Source: a virus
Lineage: Duplodnaviria; Caudoviricetes
Strand: one strand, 5' to 3'
Virus record (IMG/VR): IMGVR_UViG_3300012921_000051
Location: 1 to 43,755 of that record
Length of the DNA stretch: 43,755 bases
The position numbers and the translations under genes were made by a program. Below, in pieces: positions 9,700-19,512 of the stretch. How positions within the stretch are numbered: the stretch's first letter is position 1; each line of letters begins with the position of its first letter. A model generated the notes under the pieces. It saw nothing but the letters and a program-made list of their open reading frames with translations, searched no databases and was not told where the DNA came from.

Positions 9700-9902
9700 T
9701 GGACCATTGGCAACGCATCCGTCAGATCGAAGACGTTCTCGCGCGTGTGCTCAATCGCGGGTGCTTCGAAGTCGTCCAACGAGACGGCGAACGTCTGGTT
9801 CGCCCCCACCTCATCGGCCCGCCAGAACTTTGCGAATTGGTCGACGGGCAGCCGGTCCTCCTCCGCTCCATTGCCGAGGATCTTGAAAGGGCGCTGTCAT
9901 GA
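9699..9902 (+). CDS. hypothetical protein
   Basis: TAATG overlap; RBS GAGGAGG. Confidence 0.6.
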   Translation: MDHWQRIRQIEDVLARVLNRGCFEVVQRDGERLVRPHLIGPPELCELVDGQPVLLRSIAEDLERALS

Positions 9903-10531
9903 ACCCGACCGCGGCCATCCATGTCGCCAAGAAGCAGCTCGGGCTTGACGACGATACCTATCGCGATCTGCTGGACAGAGTGACCGGCAAGCGCTCGGCG
10001 AAGGACATGTCCGACGCCGAGCGCCAGGCGGTGCTGGAGGAGATGCGCCGCCAGGGCGGCGGTTTCAAACCCGGTTCAAACGGGTCTCGAAGGCCGCTTG
10101 AAGGCCGCTTCGCGAAGAAGCTGCAGGCGCTCTGGATCGCGGGCTGGAACCTCGGTGTCGTGCGCGATCGCGACGATGCGGCGCTGATCGCCTTCGTCAG
10201 ACGGCAGACGCATATCGACCATGTACGCTTCCTCGTCGACGCGGCCGAGGCACGCAAGGCGGTCGAGGCGATCAAGGCCTGGCTCACCCGCGAGGCCGGC
10301 GTCGACTGGGGCGACGACAGCGACAAGCCGGCCTGGCTACGCGAGCCCGGCGCGCAGATCGCCATGGCGCAATGGACAATCCTGGTGAACGCCGGCGCGG
10401 TCTCGCGCGACTTTACCGCCTTTCGGCACTTTGTCGAGGACCGGAGCTTCCGTCAGCTTGGCCAGATGACGCCGGGCGAGTGGCGGCGCGTGATGAACAC
10501 GCTCGGCGAGCGGGTCAGGAAGGTGCGGTGA
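9899..10531 (+). CDS. gemA: GemA (Mu gp16-like) regulatory protein
   Basis: IHVAKKQLGLDDDTYRDLL..VTGKRSAKDM and KLQALW motifs. Confidence 0.9.
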   Translation: MNPTAAIHVAKKQLGLDDDTYRDLLDRVTGKRSAKDMSDAERQAVLEEMRRQGGGFKPGSNGSRRPLEGRFAKKLQALWIAGWNLGVVRDRDDAALIAFVRRQTHIDHVRFLVDAAEARKAVEAIKAWLTREAGVDWGDDSDKPAWLREPGAQIAMAQWTILVNAGAVSRDFTAFRHFVEDRSFRQLGQMTPGEWRRVMNTLGERVRKVR

Positions 10532-10710
10532 TGAGCACTGGAAGCATCCTCGTCCTCGCCATCGTCTACACCGGCGTCGTGGCCTGCATGGTGTCGCTCA
10601 CCGACGTCTCCGGCGCTGTCGTCGTGGCCGTCGCATGGGCGTGGTTCAACCTCGGCCGCATGGTCGAACGCCGTGCGCCTGCTCTTCCTTTGAAATGGGG
10701 CCGCCAGTGA
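10531..10710 (+). CDS. small membrane protein
   Basis: Two hydrophobic segments; overlapping start and stop. Confidence 0.55.
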   Translation: MSTGSILVLAIVYTGVVACMVSLTDVSGAVVVAVAWAWFNLGRMVERRAPALPLKWGRQ

Positions 10711-10940
10711 AGGACCGCCCTGCCGTCACCGTCACCGACCACGCCATCCTGCGTTGGCTGGAGCGCGAGCACGACATCGATGTCGAGGCCATCCGCGAGC
10801 ACCTTGCCGGTTTGGCCGCGAACGGTGCGCGGCTGGGTGCCGCGGGCGTGAAGATCGGCAAGGTCAAACTGGTGCTGCGGGGCGCGATCGTGACCACGGC
10901 ACTTAAAGGCGTCTGGCCGAGCCGGGAGCGCGGTGAGTGA
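10707..10940 (+). CDS. hypothetical phage protein
   Basis: VTDHAILRWLER motif; GTGA overlap. Confidence 0.7.
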   Translation: MKDRPAVTVTDHAILRWLEREHDIDVEAIREHLAGLAANGARLGAAGVKIGKVKLVLRGAIVTTALKGVWPSRERGE

Positions 10941-11158
10941 CCGCCATGGCCCGCATCCGCCCGATCGACCCGCCGCCGCTCCTCGTCTGGAGCGAGCTGG
11001 CGGCGATCGACCGGCTGCAGGTGCAGCGCGAGGAGCTGATCCGCCGGATCAGGCTTCTGCCGCCGCGCTCCTTCCGTCGTGTCGAGCTGGAGGCGCGGCT
11101 GCGGCTCGCAACCGCGCAGCAGCTCGAACTGCAGAACATGATCAGGGGCCAACGTTGA
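10937..11158 (+). CDS. hypothetical protein
   Basis: Coupled ORF; coiled-coil-like. Confidence 0.6.
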   Translation: MTAMARIRPIDPPPLLVWSELAAIDRLQVQREELIRRIRLLPPRSFRRVELEARLRLATAQQLELQNMIRGQR

Positions 11159-11523
11159 GCGAGGGCGCGACCGAGGCTTCGCTCCTGAAGCTGCTCGGCC
11201 CGGCCGGGCTAATCCGGCTGGCGGAAGCCCGCGGCGGCACCAGGCTCTACGTGCCCGAGACGGTCGAACGAACTGGCCTTGCCGACGAGGTCGGCCGCGA
11301 CCTAGTCGAGAAGCTCGTCGGCCGCTACGCCCGCGACTATATCCGGGTGCCGCTTGCACGCGAGTTCCGGGCGCGCCATTATCGCGCCGCTGGCCTGTCG
11401 AACGCGGAGATCGCGGTAAAGCTCGGCATGACCGAGACCGGCGTGGACAAGCTGTTCCACCGGATGCCGAACAAGCCCGTCAAGGGCGCCGGCGACCCGC
11501 GCCAGCTCAAGCTCTTCGGCTAA
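11155..11523 (+). CDS. Mor/C-like late transcription activator
   Basis: LAEARGGTRLYVP motif and C-terminal HTH GLSNAEIAVKLGMTETGV; last early gene before lysis. Confidence 0.8.
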   Translation: MSEGATEASLLKLLGPAGLIRLAEARGGTRLYVPETVERTGLADEVGRDLVEKLVGRYARDYIRVPLAREFRARHYRAAGLSNAEIAVKLGMTETGVDKLFHRMPNKPVKGAGDPRQLKLFG

Positions 11524-11541
11524 CCCCTTCAACGTATGCGA

Positions 11542-11565
11542 CCCGCCCGCCGGCGCGGGCATGAC
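11542..11565 (+). promoter_or_regulatory. putative late-promoter activator site (lysis operon)
   Basis: CCCGCCCGCC-N5-GGGCATGAC containing the dyad GCCCGC-N4-GCGGGC; repeated at 21453-21476. Confidence 0.65.
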
Positions 11566-11652
11566 CCTCGTCGTGTGACAGGACCAGAGTGGCGGTCGAA
11601 CCCGGCCGGGTCCCGCTCTCGCGGGCCGGCCCTTTCCACACCGGGGGCCACG

Positions 11653-12540
11653 ATGGACGCCGAAACCCGCCAGGCCGCAACCGCGATCGCCAACGCCAAG
11701 GGCTGGGAGCCGCCGGCGCTGCTGGCCGTGATCGAGATCGAGAGCGCCGGCAAGGTATTCGCGACGGTCAACGGCCGCAAGGAACCGATGATCCGCTTCG
11801 AGGGCCACTATTTCGACCGGCGGCTGCCGGCCGCGAAGCGCGCCGTTGCGCGGGAGGCGGGACTTGCCGACCCCACCGCGGGCGCCGTGAAGAACCCGGC
11901 CTCGCAGGCGGCGCGCTGGGCGATGCTCAATCGCGCGATCGAGATCGACGCGACGGCGGCGCTGGAGTCGGTGTCGTGGGGCCTCGGCCAGGTGATGGGC
12001 TCGCACTGGGAATGGCTCGGCTATTCGAGTGTCGGGAACATGGTCAATGTCGCCCGCTCGGGCGTCGCCGGCCAGATCGACCTGATGGTGCGTTACATCG
12101 AGAAGGCAGGTCTCTCGGACGAACTCGCACGTCGCGACTGGGCCGGTTTTGCCCGCGGCTACAACGGGCCGAACTACAAGAAGTACGGCTACGACACGAA
12201 GCTCGCCGCCGCTTATCGCCGGCAGCTCGGCTCGTCGGGAACGGTCGCGCCGTCGCCGACCGACGGCCTGTTGCGGATGGGATCGAAGGGCGATGCCGTC
12301 CGCGATCTGCAGACGCTGCTGCGGCGCGCCGGCCACGCGATCGCCGTCGACGGTGATTTCGGGCCGGCGACGCGCGACGCGGTGCGGGCCTTCCAGACGG
12401 CGGCCGGCCTCGACGTGGACGGTATCGCCGGGCCGGCGACGCTCGCCGCGCTCGATCGCTACCGGCAGTCTGCCTCGCCGGCCGTCGAGAAGCCCGCCGG
12501 CTGGCAGGAGCTGCTGCTCGCACTGCTGAGGAGCCTGTGA
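11653..12540 (+). CDS. endolysin: N-acetylmuramidase (DUF3380-like) plus peptidoglycan-binding domain
   Basis: ES.G, IRFEGHYF, SWGLGQVMG, FARGYNG; C-terminal DGDFGPAT..AVRAFQ...VDGIAGPAT. Confidence 0.92.
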   Translation: MDAETRQAATAIANAKGWEPPALLAVIEIESAGKVFATVNGRKEPMIRFEGHYFDRRLPAAKRAVAREAGLADPTAGAVKNPASQAARWAMLNRAIEIDATAALESVSWGLGQVMGSHWEWLGYSSVGNMVNVARSGVAGQIDLMVRYIEKAGLSDELARRDWAGFARGYNGPNYKKYGYDTKLAAAYRRQLGSSGTVAPSPTDGLLRMGSKGDAVRDLQTLLRRAGHAIAVDGDFGPATRDAVRAFQTAAGLDVDGIAGPATLAALDRYRQSASPAVEKPAGWQELLLALLRSL

Positions 12541-12743
12541 TGATTGTCGCCAACTTGTTTTCCTGGCTCACGGCGATCCTCGCGATTGGCGCGGGTATCT
12601 TCGTAGTCATAGCCGGCGCGGTGTGGCGCAAGTTCGCGCCGGTGGAGGATTCCCAGCCTGATCTCGCGATCTGGGGCGGTATCGGCCTGATCGGCATCGG
12701 CGTCCTGCTCTTCGCCGCCAATATGTGGGAGCTGTTCCAGTGA
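12540..12743 (+). CDS. small two-TM membrane protein (lysis cassette)
   Basis: Two hydrophobic helices; between endolysin and holin. Confidence 0.6.
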   Translation: MIVANLFSWLTAILAIGAGIFVVIAGAVWRKFAPVEDSQPDLAIWGGIGLIGIGVLLFAANMWELFQ

Positions 12744-13285
12744 CCGGCCTCGAAACTATCCTGATCGCCGTGGCCGCCAAGGTCGGCGCGCCACTGGTGA
12801 AATCGATCCTGGAGAAGAAGATCGGCGGCAAGGCCGGCGAGATCGGCGGCGCGGTGATCGACGCGATCGCCGGCAAGGCGGGCGCTGCCCCGGAAGATCT
12901 GCCCAAGCTGCCGCCCGGCGAACTTGAGGACGCCGTCCGCCAGGTCGAGGCCGAGGCGCCGGAGCTGATCGAGTTGTGGGCGCAGGGGCTGAGCGGGCAA
13001 TTCGCCCTGCTGCAGGCCGAGCAGAAGGAAGCCTGGTATCAGTCGGCATGGCGTTGGGGGTGGATGTATCTGCTGGCGCTGTTCTGGGTTTGGCGCATCA
13101 TGATCGCGCCCTACGTGAATTGGCATCTGCGAAGGCTGTACGACTCCGCGCCCGAGCTGATCGACTATGCGATCCTGCTGACGCTGACCGGTTGGTTCAT
13201 CTCACTCTACATGGGCGGCCACACGCTCAAGGAACTGAGCAAGAACGCGATCGACGCCATGCGCAGCTGGAAGGCCCGCGCATGA
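12740..13285 (+). CDS. putative holin (3TM/GTA-type)
   Basis: AWRWGWMY, TM segments, YMGGHTLK motif. Confidence 0.7.
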   Translation: MTGLETILIAVAAKVGAPLVKSILEKKIGGKAGEIGGAVIDAIAGKAGAAPEDLPKLPPGELEDAVRQVEAEAPELIELWAQGLSGQFALLQAEQKEAWYQSAWRWGWMYLLALFWVWRIMIAPYVNWHLRRLYDSAPELIDYAILLTLTGWFISLYMGGHTLKELSKNAIDAMRSWKARA

Positions 13286-13503
13286 GGGCGACCGACGCCA
13301 TGATCGAGCAGGCCGAGGCCCGCGTCGCCGAGGAGGTGGATGCGGGCGTTGCGCGGATCCAGGAAAAGCTCGCCGTGCGCTCGTCGCGGCTCGTCTGTGA
13401 CTGCGGCGAGGAGATCTCGCCGCTCCGTCGCGAGGCATATCCCAATGCCCAGGACTGCATCGAATGCGCGCGGCGCATGGAACGCATGAGGAGACGCGCG
13501 TGA
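13282..13503 (+). CDS. TraR/DksA C4-type zinc finger protein
   Basis: CDCGEEISPLRREAYPNAQDCIEC. Confidence 0.85.
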   Translation: MRATDAMIEQAEARVAEEVDAGVARIQEKLAVRSSRLVCDCGEEISPLRREAYPNAQDCIECARRMERMRRRA

Positions 13504-13898
13504 CACCGCAGGACATCAATCCCTGGCTCTCGCTGGTCCTCAGTCTTATCGCCGTCGGCGGCTTTGTCTGGAACCATCTCACGGCCGGCGGCACGAAGGC
13601 GCTGAAGGCCGTCGATGCGCTCAAAGACGACGTCGAGACAAAGGTTGAGGAGGAAGCCGACAAGCGCCGGGCGCAAGGCGATGCCGTCGTCGCGCGGTTC
13701 GCCTTGGTCGAGGCCCGGCTGCAGAAGCTGGAAAGCGACATGTCGCACCTGCCGGACCGGGAGCAGACCCACCGGCTGGAGCTGGCGATCGAACATCTGA
13801 CCGGCCGGATGGCAACTCTCGACGAGCGGCTGAAGCCGGTCGCGGCGGTCTCGGACCGGCTGCAGGAATTCCTCCTCGGACAGGCGTCGCGCAAATGA
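13500..13898 (+). CDS. DUF2730 family (Mu gp25-like) membrane-anchored protein
   Basis: N-terminal TM, coiled coil, MSHLPD motif; synteny. Confidence 0.75.
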   Translation: MTPQDINPWLSLVLSLIAVGGFVWNHLTAGGTKALKAVDALKDDVETKVEEEADKRRAQGDAVVARFALVEARLQKLESDMSHLPDREQTHRLELAIEHLTGRMATLDERLKPVAAVSDRLQEFLLGQASRK

Positions 13899-14194
13899 GC
13901 ATGGATCGCATCATCCGCGAAGAGGCGCGGCTCATCGTTCTGAAAGCGCTGGCGCTCGAGATCGGCAATCGGTCGAACTCCGAACTGCTTCGCCTGACTC
14001 TCGAAACCTTCGGCATCGCACGCACGCGCGACTGGGTGCACGCCGAGCTGACCCATCTGGCCGATATCGGCGCGGTCACCCAGGCGGACGCCGGCACCGT
14101 TCGGATCGTGTCGCTGACCCAGCGCGGCCTCGACCATGTCGAGAGGCGGATCGCGCTCGAAGGGGTCAAGCGGCCCTCGATCGTGGAGGCATGA
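13895..14194 (+). CDS. Mu gp26-like wHTH protein
   Basis: EEARLIVLKAL...LTQRGLDHV...GVKRPS; synteny. Confidence 0.8.
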   Translation: MSMDRIIREEARLIVLKALALEIGNRSNSELLRLTLETFGIARTRDWVHAELTHLADIGAVTQADAGTVRIVSLTQRGLDHVERRIALEGVKRPSIVEA

Positions 14195-14195
14195 G

Positions 14196-14792
14196 GTGGC
14201 AAAGCGCGCCGGACGCGGCCGGCTGTCCGGCATGGAACAGCTGCCCGAGGAGGCATCGCCGATCATCGCCGCGGCGGCCGAGGCCCTGCGCGACCGCGAC
14301 CGGACCCAGCTCGACATATACGAGGAGTTCTTCAACGCCCTCAACGCGCTGAAGCGCGAGCATCGTGGCGAGCTAGAGTTCACCATCCCGTCGTTCTCGG
14401 CGTTCAACCGCTACTCGATCAGGCTCGCGACGCTGACCCGGCGGCTGGAGGAGACCCGAGAGATTGCGGCGGCGATCTCGAAGCGCTTCGACGCGGAGGC
14501 GTCCGACGACCTGACGCTCATTGCGGCCGAGTCGATCAAGAACCTGATCTTCGAGATGATCATCGCGAAGGGCGAGGCGGGCATCGATCCGAAGTCGGCG
14601 ATGAACCTCGCGACTGCGCTGCGCGCCGCCACCCAGGCGCAGGGCGTGTCCACCGCGCGGCGGGTCAAGGTCGAGAAGGAGTTCAAGGAAGGCGTCCAGG
14701 ACGCCGTCGACACCGTCGTGCGCGAGAAGGGCATGTCGAAGGAGACGGCCGAAGCGATCAAGGCGAAAATCCTCGTGGTGCCGAAAAAGTGA
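14196..14792 (+). CDS. DUF3486 / Mu gp27-like terminase small subunit
   Basis: GRGRLSGMEQLP, SFSAFNRY; directly before the large terminase. Confidence 0.8.
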   Translation: MAKRAGRGRLSGMEQLPEEASPIIAAAAEALRDRDRTQLDIYEEFFNALNALKREHRGELEFTIPSFSAFNRYSIRLATLTRRLEETREIAAAISKRFDAEASDDLTLIAAESIKNLIFEMIIAKGEAGIDPKSAMNLATALRAATQAQGVSTARRVKVEKEFKEGVQDAVDTVVREKGMSKETAEAIKAKILVVPKK

Positions 14793-16486
14793 GCGCTCCA
14801 ATCGGCCAAGTGGAATGGGAGAAGCTCCGCCGCGAGTCGATCGAAGTCGTGCCGGAGCTGGCCGAGAAGCTCGGACTGCCCAACGTCCTGTTAGAGTATC
14901 AGGGGGACACCGTCGCTGAGCTAGAAAGCGGCACGGCCCTGCTCGTCATCGAAAAGAGTCGGCGCATCGGCCTCACCTGGGGACTAGCATCCTATGCCGT
15001 GCTGCGTGCGGCGCGGGCGCGATCGGCCGGCGGCATGGACGCGATGTATATCTCCTATTCGCAGGAGATGACCCGAGAGTTCATCGACGCCTGCGCGATG
15101 TGGGCTCGCGCTTTTGCGGTAGCGGCCGCATCGGTCCAGGAGTTCATCTTCGACGACACGGATCCGCGGACACCGGACGAGACGCGTCAGATCAAGGCGT
15201 TCCGCATCCAGTTCGCGTCGGGCTTCGAGATCCTCGCACTGTCATCGGCGCCGCGGTCTCTGCGCGGCAAGCAGGGCCTGGTCATTATCGACGAGGCGGC
15301 CTTCGTCGACAGTTTGAAGGAACTGCTCAAGGCCGCACTCGCCTTCCTCATGTGGGGCGGCCAGGTCGTCGTCTGCTCGACCCATAACGGCTCCGAGAAC
15401 GAGTTCAACGTGCTCGTCCAGGACATTCTCGGCGGGCGGCGCAAGGGCAAGCACAAACGCATCGACTTCGACCAGGCGCTGCAGGACGGGCTGTTCGAGC
15501 GCATCTGCCTCGTCACCGGAAAGGAATGGTCGGCCGAGGCCGAGGCCGCCTGGCGCCAGGACATCATCGACTTCTATGCCGACGGCGCCGACGAGGAGCT
15601 GTTCTGCATTCCCGCGATGGGCTCCGGCGCCTGGCTGACCGCGCCGCTGATCGAAGCGCGGATGACGCTCGACCCGGAAGAGGCACCGATCCTGCGCGTT
15701 GCGCTTCCCGCCGATTATCTGCAGCGCCCCAAGGTCGATCGTCGGCATCTCCTGGCGGCACAGATTGACGGTCTCGACGATGCGCTGAAGCTGCTTAGCC
15801 CGAAGCACATTCACGCTTTCGGCTACGACCCGGCGCGGATGAGCGATCCGGCTGTCATCACCCTCCTTGCGGTCGACGGCCTCCTCAGGCGTCGCACGGC
15901 CCTCACGGTCGAGTTCAGAAACGTGCCGTTCGATGAGCAGAAGGCCATCGCCAGGCAGATCATCACGGCTACCCCACGCCTCGTCGGTGCGGCCGTGGAC
16001 GCGACCGGGATGGGCATGAACCTTGCCGAGGATCTCGGGCGCGAGTTCGGCTTCTACATTCCGAACGACGATCCCACGAAGGTCGTCTACGGCCTGGTGT
16101 GGCAAGTGAAGCTTTCGACTGGCTGGTACAACGAGCACATGCCCCCGGTGAAGGTCGCGTTCGAGGATGGCGCGATCGCGCTTACGAAGGACGTCGAACA
16201 TCTCGCCGACCTGCGGCTGGTCAAGGTGATCCGAGGCGTGCCGACGATCCCGGAGGAGCGGGTCGCCGTCGCGGGCAAGAAGCGCCACGGCGACTTCGCG
16301 GTGGCCCTGGTGCTCGCCTACGCCGCCAGCCGCCTGCAGTGGCACGAATACGGCTACACGCCGGTCGGTCGGCCCCGAACGAAGTACGACGAGGCGGACG
16401 CCGCGACTGGCGGCATGCGCATGACGGCCGACGAGAAGCCGCGACCATTCCGCATGGCAAGCCTGCGGCGGGGCGGACCATGGTGA
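14789..16486 (+). CDS. terminase large subunit (Mu gp28-like)
   Basis: EKSRRIGLTW, LRGKQG, IIDEAAF, STHNG, DATGMG, HGDFAVA. Confidence 0.93.
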   Translation: MSAPIGQVEWEKLRRESIEVVPELAEKLGLPNVLLEYQGDTVAELESGTALLVIEKSRRIGLTWGLASYAVLRAARARSAGGMDAMYISYSQEMTREFIDACAMWARAFAVAAASVQEFIFDDTDPRTPDETRQIKAFRIQFASGFEILALSSAPRSLRGKQGLVIIDEAAFVDSLKELLKAALAFLMWGGQVVVCSTHNGSENEFNVLVQDILGGRRKGKHKRIDFDQALQDGLFERICLVTGKEWSAEAEAAWRQDIIDFYADGADEELFCIPAMGSGAWLTAPLIEARMTLDPEEAPILRVALPADYLQRPKVDRRHLLAAQIDGLDDALKLLSPKHIHAFGYDPARMSDPAVITLLAVDGLLRRRTALTVEFRNVPFDEQKAIARQIITATPRLVGAAVDATGMGMNLAEDLGREFGFYIPNDDPTKVVYGLVWQVKLSTGWYNEHMPPVKVAFEDGAIALTKDVEHLADLRLVKVIRGVPTIPEERVAVAGKKRHGDFAVALVLAYAASRLQWHEYGYTPVGRPRTKYDEADAATGGMRMTADEKPRPFRMASLRRGGPW

Positions 16487-16498
16487 TGGAGACCCGAC

Positions 16499-18073
16499 AT
16501 GGCTGAAAAGCGCGTGCAGCTGCTCGACGCGTTCGGGCGGCCGATCAACCTTCAGGCGCTGAAAGAAGAACAGGCTGCCCCGACGATGGGCAGCGTGCGC
16601 CGCCATGATGCGATGCATCCGGCGGCCGGCCTCACTCCGGGCCGCCTTGCGTCGATCCTGCGCGAATCGATCGAGAACAATCCGGAAGCCTACCTCGCAC
16701 TCGCCGAGGACATGGAGGAGCGTGACCTGCACTATGCCAGCGTGCTGTCGACCCGCAAGCTCCAGGTCGCCGGGCTGGACATCACGGTCGAGGCCGCCGG
16801 CGAAGACGCCGAGTCGGTGAAACAGGCAGACCTGGTGCGCGAGTTCGTCGAGCGCGACGCGTTCGAGATCGAGCTGCGCGATATCCTTGACGCCACCGGC
16901 AAGGGCTTCTCGGCCACCGAAATCTGCTGGGACAGTTCGGAAGGCGATCACAGGATACGGGCGCTGAAGTGGCGCGATCCGCGCTGGTTCGAGTTCGACC
17001 GGCTCGACGGCGAGACGCTCCGGCTGCGCGACAACGCTGGCCCTGTCGATCTGACGCCGTTCGGCTGGGTCCTGCACTACGCCAAGGCCAAGTCGGGCTT
17101 GCCGATCCGCGGCGGCCTGGCGCGCGGCGCGGCGTGGGCATTCATGTTCAAGTCCTTCACGATGAAGGATTGGGCGATCTTTGTCGAAGCCTACGGCCAG
17201 CCGCTGCGCCTGGGTAAATACGACGCCGGGGCAACCAACGAGGACAAGGACAAGCTGCTGGACGCGGTGACCTCGATCGGCACCGACTATGCGGCGATCG
17301 TGCCGAACGGCATGGCGATCGAGTTCATTGAAGCTAACCTGACCGGCAGCCATGAACTCTACGAGAAGCGGGCGGACTGGCTGGACCGCCAGATCTCCAA
17401 GCTCGTGCTCGGCCAGACGGCGACGACGGATGCGATCAAGGGCGGCTACGCCGTTGGCAAGACGCATGACAAAGTGCGCGACGATCTTGAGCGCGCCGAT
17501 GCCAAGCAACTCGCCGGCACGCTCAACCGCGACATCTCCATCCCGCTCGTTGCGCTCAACTACGGGCCGCAGAAGAAGTATCCGCGGATCAAGATCGGCC
17601 GGCCGGAAGAGATCGACGTCGACAAGCTCGTGGCCAACGTCGAGAGGCTGGTGCCGTTGGGTCTCGAAGTGGGCATGGCCACGATGCGCGACAAGCTCGG
17701 CCTCCCGGATCCGGCCGCCGGCGAGAAGCTGCTCCAGGTGCGACGCCAGGATGCGCCTCCGCCGCGCCTCGGTCCTGACGGAAAGCCTCTGCCGCCGGCT
17801 TCGCCACCGCAGCAGTCGCTGCAGCAGGAAATGTCGCCCACCGACGCGATCGACACCGCCGTTGCCGGAACCATCGACGATTGGGAGCCGCTGGTCGGTC
17901 CGATCGTTGCAGGCCTCGCCGACAGGATCGCCGCGGCCGGCTCTCTCGACGAGGTCAAGCAGATCCTCGCCGAGCGCTTTCGCGACATGGATCTCTCCGC
18001 GCTAACCGAGCAGCTCGCCCGGGCGGCGTTTGCGGCGCGGCTGGCCGGTGAGGCCGACGAAGATCTCGCATGA
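16499..18073 (+). CDS. portal protein (DUF935, Mu gp29-like)
   Basis: EDMEERD, W..FVEAYGQPLRLGKY, ISKLVLGQT. Confidence 0.93.
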   Translation: MAEKRVQLLDAFGRPINLQALKEEQAAPTMGSVRRHDAMHPAAGLTPGRLASILRESIENNPEAYLALAEDMEERDLHYASVLSTRKLQVAGLDITVEAAGEDAESVKQADLVREFVERDAFEIELRDILDATGKGFSATEICWDSSEGDHRIRALKWRDPRWFEFDRLDGETLRLRDNAGPVDLTPFGWVLHYAKAKSGLPIRGGLARGAAWAFMFKSFTMKDWAIFVEAYGQPLRLGKYDAGATNEDKDKLLDAVTSIGTDYAAIVPNGMAIEFIEANLTGSHELYEKRADWLDRQISKLVLGQTATTDAIKGGYAVGKTHDKVRDDLERADAKQLAGTLNRDISIPLVALNYGPQKKYPRIKIGRPEEIDVDKLVANVERLVPLGLEVGMATMRDKLGLPDPAAGEKLLQVRRQDAPPPRLGPDGKPLPPASPPQQSLQQEMSPTDAIDTAVAGTIDDWEPLVGPIVAGLADRIAAAGSLDEVKQILAERFRDMDLSALTEQLARAAFAARLAGEADEDLA

Positions 18074-19512
18074 CGATCGCGCTCGACCCGCTGCCGCCGC
18101 GAGAGGCGATCGCCGCCCTAGCGCGTCGTGGGGCGCGGCTCGAAGAGAGCTTCGCCTGGCAGGACGTCTGGCAGGAGACACATGGCGAGATGTTCACGGT
18201 CGCGAAGTCGGCCGGTTTCGACATTCTGAGCGACATCTATGCCGCCGTGCAGAAGGCGCTGGCCGAGGGAAAGACCTTTCGCGATTTTGCCAAGGTGCTC
18301 ACGCCCGTGCTTCAGGCAAAGGGATGGTGGGGGCGAAAGGCGACGCTCGACCCGCTGACCGGGGAGCCGGTGATGGCGCAACTCGGCAGTGTGCGCCGGC
18401 TGCAGACGATCTTCGACACGAACATGCGCGTGTCGTATGCGGCCGGGCATTGGGCGAACTTCGAGCGCAACAAGGCATCCAGACCGTTCCTGCGCTATGT
18501 CGCCATCCTCGACGAGCGGACGCGGCCGGCCCATGCCGCCCGGCATAATCTCGTCCTGCCCATCGACCATCCCTATTGGAACGCCTGGGCGCCCCCCTGC
18601 GGCTGGAATTGCCGTTGCACCCTGCAGAGCCTCAGCCAGCGCGACATCGACCGCATGGTTGCCGAGGGCGTTCCCCTGAACTTCGAGCCGCCCGAGGACA
18701 CGTTCCGCGACTATGTGAACAGGCGATCCGGAGAGGTGAGCCGTGTCCCGGATGGGATCGATCCCGGCTGGGCCTATAATCCGGGGAAGCGAGGCTGGCT
18801 TGCGTCGAACCCGCCCGCGCCGCCGGCGCCGCCGCGCCGCGCGGTCGGCGCGAACATCGTGTCCGCACATTATGCTCCGGCCGACGAGCATGTCGTCAGC
18901 GACGTCCTGGGCGCCAACTCGCCGGAAGAGGCGGGTGAATTCCTTAAGCGCATGGTCCGCGACGTCGACGACGAGATCTCGATGCGCCTCTGGACGACGG
19001 GATCGAACGTGAAGGTGACGTTCACCGCGCCGGGGTGGTTTGCGCAACGCACGTTCTCACGGCGCAGGAGCACGGGTGAGCTCGTCGTCGATCACGACCT
19101 GTTCTCGGTCGACGAGGAGCGGCAGGGCCAGGGCCTGGCGACGACGATCCTCGCCAATTCGATCGAAACCTATATCGGCCTCGACGTGGCGAAGGTTTCG
19201 GTGCACGCGGACATCGATGTCGGCGGCTACACCTGGGCGAAGTTTGGCTTCGTGCCATCAGAGGACTCGTGGGACGAACTGCGCGACGAACTCGCGAGGG
19301 ACGCTCGCTACATCGGCGACGAGGTGGCCCGCGAATATCTGCTGAAGCTCTGTCGCGATCCGGGGCCGAAGACGATCTGGGAGCTCGCCGACACGGCGGA
19401 AGGCAAGCAGCTTCTCCTGGGCACGGACTGGTATGGCGACCTCGATCTGCGCGATCCTCTCGCAATGCACCGCTTCAATCGCTATGTTAGGCGATCCAGG
19501 AGCAAGGCGTGA
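18070..19512 (+). CDS. MuF (gp30) minor head protein fused to a C-terminal GNAT-like domain
   Basis: MuF motifs FTVAK, RLQTIFDTN, D.RTRP.H, PPCGWNCRC, GIDPGWAYNPG; Pro linker; then VDEERQGQGLAT and GGYTWAKFGF. Confidence 0.88.
   Translation: MTIALDPLPPREAIAALARRGARLEESFAWQDVWQETHGEMFTVAKSAGFDILSDIYAAVQKALAEGKTFRDFAKVLTPVLQAKGWWGRKATLDPLTGEPVMAQLGSVRRLQTIFDTNMRVSYAAGHWANFERNKASRPFLRYVAILDERTRPAHAARHNLVLPIDHPYWNAWAPPCGWNCRCTLQSLSQRDIDRMVAEGVPLNFEPPEDTFRDYVNRRSGEVSRVPDGIDPGWAYNPGKRGWLASNPPAPPAPPRRAVGANIVSAHYAPADEHVVSDVLGANSPEEAGEFLKRMVRDVDDEISMRLWTTGSNVKVTFTAPGWFAQRTFSRRRSTGELVVDHDLFSVDEERQGQGLATTILANSIETYIGLDVAKVSVHADIDVGGYTWAKFGFVPSEDSWDELRDELARDARYIGDEVAREYLLKLCRDPGPKTIWELADTAEGKQLLLGTDWYGDLDLRDPLAMHRFNRYVRRSRSKA

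Noticed and set aside
15242-17509. 755-aa minus-strand ORF (similar ones at 28190-29464, 33118-35079, 36733-38391)
   Set aside because: Shadow ORFs opposite well-supported structural genes in high-GC DNA; no recognisable motifs.
18940-19512. GNAT domain as a Mom-type DNA modification enzyme
   Set aside because: Mom also has a GNAT fold, but this domain is fused to MuF and the mom position holds a Dam-like methylase. Not formally excluded without a structure search.
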